Shown here: in pieces, positions 51,388 through 61,218 of the stretch
Position numbering within the stretch: the stretch's first letter is position 1
How the letters are laid out: each line of letters begins with the position of its first letter
NCBI GenBank assembly: GCA_964634905.1
Contig: CAZWJO010000001.1
Span: 4,479-68,478, forward strand
Source: an uncultured Sangeribacter sp.
Lineage (GTDB): Bacteria > Bacteroidota > Bacteroidia > Bacteroidales > Muribaculaceae
Direction of reading: 5' to 3'
Length of the DNA: 64,000 bases
Position numbers and translations under genes: made by a program
The notes under the pieces: generated by a model
Database searches by the model: none
What the model saw: the letters and a program-made list of their open reading frames with translations, nothing else
What the model was told of the DNA's origin: nothing

Positions 51388-53049
51388 ATGAAAAGAAACA
51401 TTACAGTCAATATATTTGGATCTCTTTATCCGATGGATGAGGATGCTTACGCCATGCTCAATAGTTACATTTCTAACATGCGTGAATATTTCTCTCGCCA
51501 ACCGGATGGGAAGGAAATTTCCGATGATATCGAAGGGAGAGTGGCAGAACTAATGTCTGAACTTCGGCAGAATGGAACTGAAGCTATAAGCATAGAACAT
51601 ATACAAGAAATTATCGAGAGAGTAGGCAAACCCGAACAATTCTTAGAGGAGGAAACAGAGTCGATAAGAACTGATATACCACCTTTACCCCCTTCTATAG
51701 TTAAGAAAAAGTTATTCAGAGATCCGGAGCATAAGATGATGGGGGGAGTCTTCGCGGGTCTCGGATGTTATCTTGGAGTGAATCCACTCTGGCTTCGACT
51801 GGGATACATACTGATAATATTTTGGTTTTTGATGCTAATGCCCAAGACTTTGCCCTTAATACTTCTATTGATATGCGCATATTTTGTTTGTTGGGCTTCC
51901 ATTCCAATCGCAGCTAATCCTGCTGATAGACTCCAAATGAGAGGCGAGCCGGTCAATCTTTCCAACATGTGCGATGAGTTTCTTACATCAACAAATGAAC
52001 TCTTCTCTCAGCAATCTTCCTTTGATAAAGATGGAAAATTTGCAGCTGGGCTAATATACATTATGAAATGGCTGTGCTATGCATTTGGAATTCTTTTAGT
52101 AATCTCATGTATTGGTGTATTTATTACAATTGTTTTAAGCGTAGTAGGAGCATTTTCATATCCATGGAGTGCCGCACGTAACTTTTTAGGTGAAGATTTT
52201 CCGATATTGGTTGTGCTTGACAGTAGTCCTAACTGGTTGATTTGGACTGCTATTATCAGTCTTTTGAGTTTTATTGGATTAACTCTTTATCTTACAGTTC
52301 ATTTTATCTTCAAAATACTCGGTCGTGTGCGCCCTTTGAGCACCTCTCTTAGAGTAACATGTATGATTTTCTGGATGCTATCAATAGTTGTCTGCACAGC
52401 ATCCTCCACAAAGATTGGAGGAAATGCCGCACATTATTATTACTATATGTCGCATAAGAAGGATACTAAACAGAATAATGAGACAAAGAAAGATAAGGAA
52501 AAGAAGCAATTGATTGAAGCTGGATGGGAAATAATCAAAGACAATAACATTAGGAATTATATTAACAAAGGAGAGCATTATTCAGGTGATAGAAATCTTA
52601 CGTATCTCGACGCAGGTATGCTACATGACGGTCTCAATATGGAATACGAGGTTGAGAAGACCCAGAAGGTTATTCCAGGGACCTATCGACTTGAAGCGAA
52701 AGGAAGAGCCAATGGTATTGGAGCTGAGATTTATGTTGTTGCTGGAGACAGAAAAAGATTATTTCAACCAATTCCAGTATGTGGCAACAAAGGGGGTGGT
52801 ATATGGAAAAATGCTGCAATTGCCTTAGATGCAGACACAGCAAAAATCTTGCCCAATCGCCATTATCTGAATAAGTTGACAAAAGTAAACAATTTACAAG
52901 GTTATGGCTGGACTGACATCGTCATCGATAATATTGTTGTAGGACAAGACAGTATCATAAAATTTGGATTGACTAACGTATCTCCAACACATACATGGGA
53001 TGGAACCTGGCTATCTGCCACTTCTTTTGAGTTGATAAAAAAGGATTAG
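51388..53049 (+). CDS. PspC domain membrane protein with C-terminal extracytoplasmic domain
   Basis: N-terminal DIEGRVAEL...IERVGKPE segment; PspC motif KLFRDPEHKMMGGVFAGLG; several TM helices; beta-rich C-terminus. Confidence 0.88.
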   Translation: MKRNITVNIFGSLYPMDEDAYAMLNSYISNMREYFSRQPDGKEISDDIEGRVAELMSELRQNGTEAISIEHIQEIIERVGKPEQFLEEETESIRTDIPPLPPSIVKKKLFRDPEHKMMGGVFAGLGCYLGVNPLWLRLGYILIIFWFLMLMPKTLPLILLLICAYFVCWASIPIAANPADRLQMRGEPVNLSNMCDEFLTSTNELFSQQSSFDKDGKFAAGLIYIMKWLCYAFGILLVISCIGVFITIVLSVVGAFSYPWSAARNFLGEDFPILVVLDSSPNWLIWTAIISLLSFIGLTLYLTVHFIFKILGRVRPLSTSLRVTCMIFWMLSIVVCTASSTKIGGNAAHYYYYMSHKKDTKQNNETKKDKEKKQLIEAGWEIIKDNNIRNYINKGEHYSGDRNLTYLDAGMLHDGLNMEYEVEKTQKVIPGTYRLEAKGRANGIGAEIYVVAGDRKRLFQPIPVCGNKGGGIWKNAAIALDADTAKILPNRHYLNKLTKVNNLQGYGWTDIVIDNIVVGQDSIIKFGLTNVSPTHTWDGTWLSATSFELIKKD

Positions 53050-53080
53050 TATCCATTCTAAAAGACAGGGGCCTTAAATC

Positions 53081-53120
53081 AAAATCAGGAATCACAAACA
53101 TTGTGACTCCTGATTTTTTT
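53081..53120 (+). terminator. Terminator after the pspC-like gene
   Basis: AAAATCAGGAATCACAA...TTGTGACTCCTGATTTT followed by a T-tract. Confidence 0.85.
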
Positions 53121-53256
53121 ATCTGACAATTGGAAAATTTTTATATGTTATAGGGCATAAAGCTTGTTAATATCAGAAATATTTTGTATTTTTGCAACAT
53201 AGAAAGCAAACTTTTGAGGTTTGCAGACTCGTTAACCTATCAAAATGACCTAATAC

Positions 53257-54888
53257 ATGAAAATTAAGAAACTTCTATTGGGTGATGAAGCTTTCGCATT
53301 GGGCGCTATCAATGCAGGAATGAGCGGTGCGTACGGGTATCCCGGTACTCCATCCACAGAGATAATGGAGTTCATTCAGGCAAATCCTATTGCTAAAGAA
53401 AGAAACCTTCATTCACATTGGTCAAGCAATGAAAAGACCGCATACGAAGAGGCTTTAGGCATGTCTTATGCCGGAAAACGCTCTATTGTCACTATGAAAC
53501 ATGTCGGTCTTAATGCCTCTGCCGATGCCTTTGTAAATTCTGGAATGACCGGTGCTAACGGTGGTATGCTCGTAGCTGTTGCTGATGATCCTTCAATGCA
53601 CTCCTCTCAGAATGAACAAGATTCACGTTTCTATGGTGAATTTGCTTTCATTCCGGTTCTCGAACCTTCAAATCAGCAGGAAGCTTACGACATGGCAGAA
53701 TATGGATTCAAACTCTCCGAGAAATTTGATATCCCTGTCATAATAAGATTCGTCACCAGACTCAGCCATTCGAGAGCTACAGTCGAAGTAGATACTGAAG
53801 CTATGGCTGAAAATGAAATCCATTTTCCTAAAGATGGAAAGAGATGGGTGCTTATGCCAGGCAACTCAAGAGTGAGATATAAGGAACTTATTAAGATATA
53901 TGACAAATTGGAGATGAACTCAGTGACCTCTCCATTCAATATTTATACTCCTGGTAACGATCATTCTCTTGGTATTATAGTTAGTGGAATAGCAGCTAAC
54001 TATCTTAACGAACTATTCCCCAATGGATGCCCTTTCCCGACACTGAAAATATCGCAATATCCTCTTCCTATCGAAATGCTTCGAGGACTTGCGAATGAAA
54101 GTAAAGCAATCCTTGTGATAGAAGAGGGTCAACCGTATATAGAGAAAGCTATGCGCGGGATCTTAGTGTCCCCAAAGAAAATATACGGTAAACTTGACGA
54201 CTCATTAATCCGCACTGGGGAATTGAATCCTGATAGGATAAGAGAATGTCTATTAAAGATACATCCTGAGTTCGATTCAATTAAGATCGGGGAGATTAGA
54301 GAAGCTTCAGACATTACTGTTGCACGTCCACCATCTCTTTGTAAAGGATGCGGCCACAGAGACGTTTATCAAGCTCTCAATGATGTCCTTGCAGAATATG
54401 AAGATGCACGTGTATTTGGTGACATCGGTTGCTATACTTTGGGATATTTGGCCCCTTTCAAAGCCCTTCATACTGTACTCGACATGGGTGCATCCATCAC
54501 AATGGCAAAAGGTGCTTCGGAAGCTGGAGTGCATCCTGCTGTGGCAGTTATAGGAGACTCAACGTTCACTCATTCAGGTTTGGCCGGACTTCTTGATGCG
54601 GTAAATGAAGACAGCAATATTCTTGTGATCATTTCTGATAATCTCACGACAGGCATGACAGGTGGACAGGATTCTCAGGGCACCGGGAAAATCGAAGATA
54701 TCTGCCTTGGACTTGGAGTAAATCCCGAACATCTGCATACCATTGATTCGCTTCCGAAGAATCATGACCAGATGGTTGAGCTTTTTAAGAAAGCAATCGA
54801 CCACAAAGGACTCTCAGTTGTGGTCTCAAGAAGAGAATGTATCCAGACTGCTCGTCGCCATGGTGCTCATAGAGGACCTAAGACTTAA
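53257..54888 (+). CDS. iorA: Indolepyruvate:ferredoxin oxidoreductase alpha subunit
   Basis: GYPGTPSTE, NEKTA, MKHVGLN, SSQNEQD, RPPSLCKGCGHR, DIGCY, TPP motif GDSTFTHSG. -7 element TATTTTTG at 53187-53194. Confidence 0.95.
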   Translation: MKIKKLLLGDEAFALGAINAGMSGAYGYPGTPSTEIMEFIQANPIAKERNLHSHWSSNEKTAYEEALGMSYAGKRSIVTMKHVGLNASADAFVNSGMTGANGGMLVAVADDPSMHSSQNEQDSRFYGEFAFIPVLEPSNQQEAYDMAEYGFKLSEKFDIPVIIRFVTRLSHSRATVEVDTEAMAENEIHFPKDGKRWVLMPGNSRVRYKELIKIYDKLEMNSVTSPFNIYTPGNDHSLGIIVSGIAANYLNELFPNGCPFPTLKISQYPLPIEMLRGLANESKAILVIEEGQPYIEKAMRGILVSPKKIYGKLDDSLIRTGELNPDRIRECLLKIHPEFDSIKIGEIREASDITVARPPSLCKGCGHRDVYQALNDVLAEYEDARVFGDIGCYTLGYLAPFKALHTVLDMGASITMAKGASEAGVHPAVAVIGDSTFTHSGLAGLLDAVNEDSNILVIISDNLTTGMTGGQDSQGTGKIEDICLGLGVNPEHLHTIDSLPKNHDQMVELFKKAIDHKGLSVVVSRRECIQTARRHGAHRGPKT

Positions 54889-54924
54889 TCGTTTAAGTGT
54901 TTAATTGTTTAATCGTTTATCGTT
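54886..54924. repeat. 8-bp tandem repeat
   Basis: TAATCGTT TAAGTGTT TAATTGTT TAATCGTT, starting at the iorA stop. Reverse complement of the 36809 repeat family. Confidence 0.65.
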
Positions 54925-54949
54925 AATCTAACTCTTAAAATAATAGACC

Positions 54950-55537
54950 GTGAAAACAGATATAGTACTTGCAGGAGTTGGAGGCCAGGGAATCCTAAGT
55001 GTAGCCACTATTCTTGGTGTAGCAGCTCTTAAAGAAGGTCTGAATATCAAGCAGGCAGAAGTGCATGGAATGAGCCAACGAGGAGGAGATGTTCAGTCAA
55101 CGTTGAGGATATCTTCATCATCCATACATTCCGACCTTATTCCTAATGGAAAAGCCGATCTGATAGTAAGCCTCGAACCAATGGAGGCTTTGAGATACCT
55201 TCCGTTGCTTTCTCCCGAAGGGTGGATTGTCACTTCATCAGCTCCATTTATAAACATTCCAAATTATCCGGAGATGAAAGAGATTGAAAAAGAACTTTCT
55301 AAAGTCGGAAATGTGATTTCATTCGATATGGAGGAGATGGCAAAGGAAGTGGCGTCTCCACGTTCAAGCAATATGGTTCTTCTCGGAGCGGCTTCTCATT
55401 TCATTGAAATCACTTCAAATGAAATTGAAGATGCCATAAGAAAGGTCTTCTCTTCAAAAGGAGAAGCAATAGTTGAGGCAAACTTAAAGGCTTTCCGTGC
55501 CGGACGAAAAAGAGCAGACTCATTTATAGCAAAGTAA
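54950..55537 (+). CDS. iorB: Indolepyruvate:ferredoxin oxidoreductase beta subunit
   Basis: GVGGQG, EVHGMSQRGG, EPMEALR, NMVLLGA. Confidence 0.95.
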   Translation: MKTDIVLAGVGGQGILSVATILGVAALKEGLNIKQAEVHGMSQRGGDVQSTLRISSSSIHSDLIPNGKADLIVSLEPMEALRYLPLLSPEGWIVTSSAPFINIPNYPEMKEIEKELSKVGNVISFDMEEMAKEVASPRSSNMVLLGAASHFIEITSNEIEDAIRKVFSSKGEAIVEANLKAFRAGRKRADSFIAK

Positions 55538-55553
55538 TTTAAAACGAATTTTT

Positions 55554-56858
55554 ATGTTTCCATTATCTCAAGACATATTATCACGAAAAGCTTCTGAATT
55601 AGGAATCATAGATATGGCAACAGCTACCATCAGGCAGATAGTGGCCCTTTCAGTTGCTCTGGAATCGGAAGCTAATGAAAAATTCGTACATCTTGAACTC
55701 GGCAATCCCGGGCTTCCAGCTTCTGAATTTGGCATTGAAGCCGAGATAACAGCCCTTAGAAATGGAGTGGCCAATAAATACCCAGCTATCAATGGAATTC
55801 CGGAATTGAAAAAAGCTGGCTCAAGATTCGTAAAAGCTTTTTTGAATATTGATATTCCAGAGAAAGCCATCGTGCCTACAGTCGGATCTATGCAAGCAAG
55901 TTTTACCCTTCAGCTTCTACTTTGCCAAAGACTACCAGGACGCGACACGATCCTATTCTTCAATCCTGGATTTCCAGCTCAAAGACATCAAGCAAAGGTG
56001 CTTGGTCTCGGAATAGAGCAATTTGACATATATGAGTATAGGGGAAAAGCACTGGAAGAAAAACTTGAGCAAATTCTCTCGAAAGGTAATATCACAGCAA
56101 TGATCTATTCTAATCCTAACAATCCATCTTGGATAAATCTGACCGAAGAGGAATTGGAGATTGTAGGAAGAATGGCTACGAAGTATGACGTCATTGTGAT
56201 TGAGGATCTTGCATATATGGGAATGGACTTCCGAACTGATTTCAGCCATCCATTTGAGCCTCCGTATATTCCCACTATAGGCAAATACACCGACAATTTC
56301 ATAATGCTCATTTCCGGATCTAAGATATTCAGTTATGCCGGCCAGCGCATTGCTATAGTGGCAATGAGCCAATATGTATATGAACGCCAGTATGAATTCT
56401 TTACAAAATTCTATGAGATGCCTGCATTTGGAGAAGCATATATTTTTGGAGTGCTATATACGGCAAGCTCAGGCACAACACATTCTGCACAATTTGCTCT
56501 CGCGGCAATGATGAATGCTGCTTGTGAAGGCAAATTGGATTTTGTAAAGGAATCTTCCGAATATGGTAGAAGAGCTGAAAAGATGAAGAAATGCTTTAAT
56601 GACAATGGATTCCATATTGTCTATGACAAAGATGGAGACAGACCAATATCCGACGGATTTTTCTTCACTGCAGGTTATGCAGACATGGATGGAAAAACAT
56701 TGCAGCAGGAACTTCTTCGTCATGGCATTTCCGCTATAACACTTTCTTCAACCGGATCGGAACAGGAAGGGGTAAGAATATGTGTGTCCACTCTTTCAGA
56801 AGATAAGGATTTTGAAATTTTAGACAAAAGATTAAAGGCTTTTAATAATGAACATTAA
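55554..56858 (+). CDS. PLP-dependent aminotransferase class I/II
   Basis: NPNNP, DLAY, SGSKIFSYAGQR (PLP lysine). Confidence 0.92.
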   Translation: MFPLSQDILSRKASELGIIDMATATIRQIVALSVALESEANEKFVHLELGNPGLPASEFGIEAEITALRNGVANKYPAINGIPELKKAGSRFVKAFLNIDIPEKAIVPTVGSMQASFTLQLLLCQRLPGRDTILFFNPGFPAQRHQAKVLGLGIEQFDIYEYRGKALEEKLEQILSKGNITAMIYSNPNNPSWINLTEEELEIVGRMATKYDVIVIEDLAYMGMDFRTDFSHPFEPPYIPTIGKYTDNFIMLISGSKIFSYAGQRIAIVAMSQYVYERQYEFFTKFYEMPAFGEAYIFGVLYTASSGTTHSAQFALAAMMNAACEGKLDFVKESSEYGRRAEKMKKCFNDNGFHIVYDKDGDRPISDGFFFTAGYADMDGKTLQQELLRHGISAITLSSTGSEQEGVRICVSTLSEDKDFEILDKRLKAFNNEH

Positions 56859-58152
56859 CCCTCGATATATGACTGCAGAGGAAGCAGTCAGACTGATTGA
56901 AAACGGCGACCATGTCTTCATTCAAGGTAGCACTTCCACTCCGGAAGTGCTTTGCCGTGCTTTAGCAGATAGAGGAAATGAGCTCCGCAATGTCACTCTT
57001 TATTCAGCATTTGCCGTCTGCAAAGGGGAAGCTCCATATTGCAAGAAAGAGTATCTTGAGGCTTTCAATGTAGAAAGTTTCTTCGTCTCAAATGGTGTAA
57101 GACGCTGGATTCAAGAAGGCTTTGGAAGTACTATTCCACGTTTTCTTGGCGAAGTACCTGCATTGATGCGGGATGGTACGTGCCGTGTAGATGTAGCATT
57201 GCTCAACTGCTCTATGCCAAATGAGGAGGGACTGGTAAGTTTTGGCGTTTCCGCTGATCTTGCCACAGCGGCAGTAGAATGTGCAGACAGAGTAATAGCT
57301 CAAATCAATCCTCAGATGCCGTTCAGTTATGGGGATCCCATAATACATATTGACAATCTGTCGGCTGCTGTTATAACAGACGATCCGTTGGTAGAAGTCC
57401 CCACTGCTATTCCTTCTCTAGATGAAATAAAAATTGGTAATTACATAGCAGAACGTATTCCGGATGGTGCCACCCTTCAAATAGGAGTAGGAGGTATTCC
57501 TAACGCAGTAATAAGAGCTTTACATAGTCATCAGCATCTCGGACTCCACACTGAGGCAATGACCGACGGAGTGCTTCCTCTGCTTGAAAAGGGTATAATT
57601 GACAATAGCCTTAAGAAAGTCATGCCTGGCAAATCTGTTGCATCCCTTGCTCTTGGTTCGAGAAAGCTATATGACTACATGGACGGTAATAAAGACATCA
57701 TATTCAAAGATGTCGCCTGGACCAACAATCCATATATAATAGCCCAGAATCCACGTGTGGTAAGCATTAATTCGTGTCTGGAGATCGACCTAACAGGACA
57801 GATCTGTGCAGACTCCATCGGCACAAAGATTTTTTCCGGCATTGGTGGCCAGCATGACTTTGTCTATGGATCTCAATTATCAGAAGGCGGAATGTCTTTC
57901 CTTGCGATGCTCTCGAAGACTAATAAGGGTATGAATAAGATCAAGCCGGTTTTGACTGAAGGTGCCGGAGTGGTCACTACTCGATTCCAGACCAATTATG
58001 TAGTGACGGAATACGGTGCCGTTGACCTTCGAGGAAAAGATCTCGCTCAGCGGGCCAAACTTCTTATCTCCATTGCGGCTCCTGAATTCAGGGAAGACTT
58101 GGAAAAAGCTGCTGAACATAGATTCGGACATTCTTTTATTAGACTGAAGTAA
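56848..58152 (+). CDS. Acetyl-CoA hydrolase/CoA-transferase family protein
   Basis: LQIGVGGIP, HTE (catalytic Glu), SGIGGQHDF, VVTEYG. Overlaps the upstream stop by 11 nt. Confidence 0.93.
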   Translation: MNINPRYMTAEEAVRLIENGDHVFIQGSTSTPEVLCRALADRGNELRNVTLYSAFAVCKGEAPYCKKEYLEAFNVESFFVSNGVRRWIQEGFGSTIPRFLGEVPALMRDGTCRVDVALLNCSMPNEEGLVSFGVSADLATAAVECADRVIAQINPQMPFSYGDPIIHIDNLSAAVITDDPLVEVPTAIPSLDEIKIGNYIAERIPDGATLQIGVGGIPNAVIRALHSHQHLGLHTEAMTDGVLPLLEKGIIDNSLKKVMPGKSVASLALGSRKLYDYMDGNKDIIFKDVAWTNNPYIIAQNPRVVSINSCLEIDLTGQICADSIGTKIFSGIGGQHDFVYGSQLSEGGMSFLAMLSKTNKGMNKIKPVLTEGAGVVTTRFQTNYVVTEYGAVDLRGKDLAQRAKLLISIAAPEFREDLEKAAEHRFGHSFIRLK

Positions 58153-58207
58153 ACAATATATGCCCTTCCTCTCTCGTTATTTATTAATACTATAAAACTA
58201 TATTCCT

Positions 58208-61200
58208 ATGTCTACATTTAAAATAGCCCAACCAGATTTTTGGTTAGAAATCAGGAAAGAGTACATTATTGAAAATTTTGAAAAACTATTGTATTATATC
58301 AGAAGATATCAATATAACGGTGAGAAAAATTCAGGAAATGGAGAATTTCTCAACACTTGCCGTTATCTTGTTGACCTTGCTGATGAACTTGCTGAGTTTT
58401 CTTTATCCAGGACATTTATTTCTACTCCCGAATTCAAACTCTCTGGGTCTGATATGAATGTTTCTGATGTTTTGGCTTATCGAATTATTGTTGCAGCTAT
58501 TATAGCTTCTCAAAAGATAGGAGAAGACCAGCATTTGCTTATCCGTCGTCTGCTAAATTTGCTTGTTGTGGCACAAAAGATGCCTCATACCGACATTGCA
58601 GACGATTTGATTTATGTAACAACTAATTGTATACGTAAATCTCCAATCATAAACCTGGGTCTGACATGGAATGACATTGAAAATCCGGAGACGTTCACCC
58701 CCATAAGGGTCCTGCATAATCTGAGCCGTACTAAATTCGATGTCAATGGCGGTAAAGAGGCTCTTTATGAGGGTAAAGGCACGGTAGTTTTTACTGAGGA
58801 TGAAGTTTTGGCAGCCCCTGTGAATAAAACTGACTTTCTAAAAGGAAATCTTTCAGAATACATATCTCTTGGCAAAGGCATAAAAGTGCTTCTTCCTAAA
58901 AGTGATCACATGAAAAGTCCTGATTCAGTAGATGATGTTGCTGAGGGGATGACATTTATGACAAGGGCACAAGGAGGAGTCAAGACCAGTACAGCTGATC
59001 CTAAAAGGAAGTATGCAGCGGGCTCTATCATACCAGTGAAAATTCGATCGAGCTATGGCGTAAAAGTTGAGGCTGAAACAATCAACAAGGAATATGAGAA
59101 GATTTCAGGAAAAATCAACATAAACCTACTGGAATCTTTAAGATATGCCGATATTTTTCAGGTATTGACCTTTTTTAGCCCTGGTAGACGTCTTTATGTT
59201 GAGTATACTCCAGATAATAAAGAATTCTGTTTTGAATTGAAGGGGGGGTTCAACCAATTCTATCTTGAATACGCCAATCAAATGAGGGGAGAATCTTTAC
59301 CAGGAGTATATATTGGTGACTATTCGGCAGGCACTCAATGGCTTACGGAGGATGGTTTTGTGGTAAATGTGATGGGTAAAATCACTAAAGAAGAGATGCT
59401 TGAGGCAATGGAACAAAGGATTCCTCTAACAATAAGGATTAACTCTTCTAAAGTTATTCCAGGAACTGTTCTGATCAATGGATCTATTATAGATGACATC
59501 GAACTTTATGGGTTGCCAGATCCTATCGTTGATTTGGAATCTTATCAACATGAATGTTTCATTTATATTTTCAGCCAATTCATTAAATATTGCGATGAAA
59601 GCATCCCTCTGACTTCTACTGACTCGCGTATCAATGAAATTGACAGTAGCGGAGTGATGGAGATAAGCAATATCTTAATGAGTCATCAGCGGCTGCTTTC
59701 TGACACGATGCCTCGACTGCTCTGTCTGCAAACAGCTCTCATGCTTTCGATTACAGCAGGCGACTATACTATTAGCGCATATATACGTCATGAACTTGAA
59801 TATCAAATTGCTATAGCAAGATTTGCTGCCGGAGCCTCTCCTATGTCGATTTCTCTGACTCATGGCCCTAATCTCGATGGGATTCTTGAAGTTGAGAAAC
59901 ACGAGCGAATCATCTCAATGCTTCGCAACTACAAGGAGCCAGAAATCGACCATTCCACTGAAAGGATAACTAACGACGAGAATATTGAAGACACTGTTGA
60001 CGGTCTGATAGATGCATCAAATCGACTGATTGGAAAGATTGACGATAGGGAAATATCACGTATCAAACTTGAATTGGCACGAACTCTCGATGTCGATGAT
60101 CAATATAGAAGTCCGGATTTAACAACTTATTACGGTGTTGAAAGCGACACTTTAGAGTTCAAGATGTCGGCTGTATGCCCTCCTAAAAATAAATTGAAAG
60201 GGTCGGCTGAATATGAACCTGATACTCAAAAATGGGCAATTCTAAAGACTATATGCGGCTTTCTGAATTCAACTACAGGTGGAGAATTGCTCATAGGAGT
60301 AAGAGATAATGGCATTGCTTTTGGAATCTCTCACGATTACGATCTCCTATATGAAGATAGAAGAATTCCTGAACCCAACTCTGACCGATATAGGACTTAT
60401 CTGAAGAATATAATCGACAATTCTTTCATTGCTTATAAATCTCGAGCCCAAAAGAAAAGCGTGACAACTGCCAACATCACGTATAATATCGAGATGAACA
60501 ATGAAGGGCTTGAAATTTTACGCATCCATGTCGACAGCTATCGCGGTGATATGGTCCATTTCCATCCGGATTGCCGTCGGCCCGAAGAAATACATGAATC
60601 TTATATCCGGACAAGTGGGGCTACCGTGCCGATGAGCCATGAGGTGCGTGATCAGACCCTGTTGAAGAAGTATCATCTTGCAGGGGATAAGGAAGGCGTC
60701 GGAATGGCTGCCATTTACGAGGCTCGAAACTCTAAGAAACGCGTTCTTCTAAAAGAATATACGTCAAGGAGCGGAGTGAAAGACCGTGAGATAGAAGTGT
60801 TTCAAGTGTTTCCAGAGTCTAAATGTATCTTAGCTTACGACGTGGCAGCCCGTGATGTCCGTCTATTCAAAACTTTGAGATGGAAGGATGCGAAAATACT
60901 TGACAAAAACTGCACTCAGAGCAGTAGTTCGAAGAGAGATCTCCGTCCTGATATTTTTGGATTCGTGTTTGATCCATCCAAACCCATATATAATGTCGAG
61001 GTACGCCTGACCCACTACGGTGCATTGCTTCTTCAGGAAGAATATCCAGGTGCTGAATCAGTTTTGACTTTGACTGGACACAAGGAATATCCATGGCTCC
61101 TGACTCTAAGCTTAAATACTTTAGAGGGTATTGGAAGGTTTGTTAGGGGTCTGCCTTCGGAATGTTTGGTCGATAAAGGCACAGATCTTGGATCTATGAT

Positions 61201-61210
61201 ATTTATTTAA
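58208..61210 (+). CDS. Multidomain protein: unknown N-terminus (possible S1/OB folds), Schlafen/AlbA_2 domain, WYL and WCX domains
   Basis: AlbA_2 motifs ESDTLEFK, ICGFLNSTTGGELLIGVRDNG, YIRTSG. WYL-like AIYEARNSKKRVLLKEY...REIEVF...ILAYD...VRLFK. WCX-like DIFG...LLQEEYP...GIGRFVRGL. Confidence 0.8.
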   Translation: MSTFKIAQPDFWLEIRKEYIIENFEKLLYYIRRYQYNGEKNSGNGEFLNTCRYLVDLADELAEFSLSRTFISTPEFKLSGSDMNVSDVLAYRIIVAAIIASQKIGEDQHLLIRRLLNLLVVAQKMPHTDIADDLIYVTTNCIRKSPIINLGLTWNDIENPETFTPIRVLHNLSRTKFDVNGGKEALYEGKGTVVFTEDEVLAAPVNKTDFLKGNLSEYISLGKGIKVLLPKSDHMKSPDSVDDVAEGMTFMTRAQGGVKTSTADPKRKYAAGSIIPVKIRSSYGVKVEAETINKEYEKISGKININLLESLRYADIFQVLTFFSPGRRLYVEYTPDNKEFCFELKGGFNQFYLEYANQMRGESLPGVYIGDYSAGTQWLTEDGFVVNVMGKITKEEMLEAMEQRIPLTIRINSSKVIPGTVLINGSIIDDIELYGLPDPIVDLESYQHECFIYIFSQFIKYCDESIPLTSTDSRINEIDSSGVMEISNILMSHQRLLSDTMPRLLCLQTALMLSITAGDYTISAYIRHELEYQIAIARFAAGASPMSISLTHGPNLDGILEVEKHERIISMLRNYKEPEIDHSTERITNDENIEDTVDGLIDASNRLIGKIDDREISRIKLELARTLDVDDQYRSPDLTTYYGVESDTLEFKMSAVCPPKNKLKGSAEYEPDTQKWAILKTICGFLNSTTGGELLIGVRDNGIAFGISHDYDLLYEDRRIPEPNSDRYRTYLKNIIDNSFIAYKSRAQKKSVTTANITYNIEMNNEGLEILRIHVDSYRGDMVHFHPDCRRPEEIHESYIRTSGATVPMSHEVRDQTLLKKYHLAGDKEGVGMAAIYEARNSKKRVLLKEYTSRSGVKDREIEVFQVFPESKCILAYDVAARDVRLFKTLRWKDAKILDKNCTQSSSSKRDLRPDIFGFVFDPSKPIYNVEVRLTHYGALLLQEEYPGAESVLTLTGHKEYPWLLTLSLNTLEGIGRFVRGLPSECLVDKGTDLGSMIFI

Positions 61211-61218
61211 TATTTAAG

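Noticed and set aside
59242-59248. G7 tract in the Schlafen-WYL gene (and a G-run at ~15270 in mlaE) as phase-variation switches
   Set aside because: The tracts are short, in frame and encode Lys-Gly-Gly; nothing in one sequence shows slippage.
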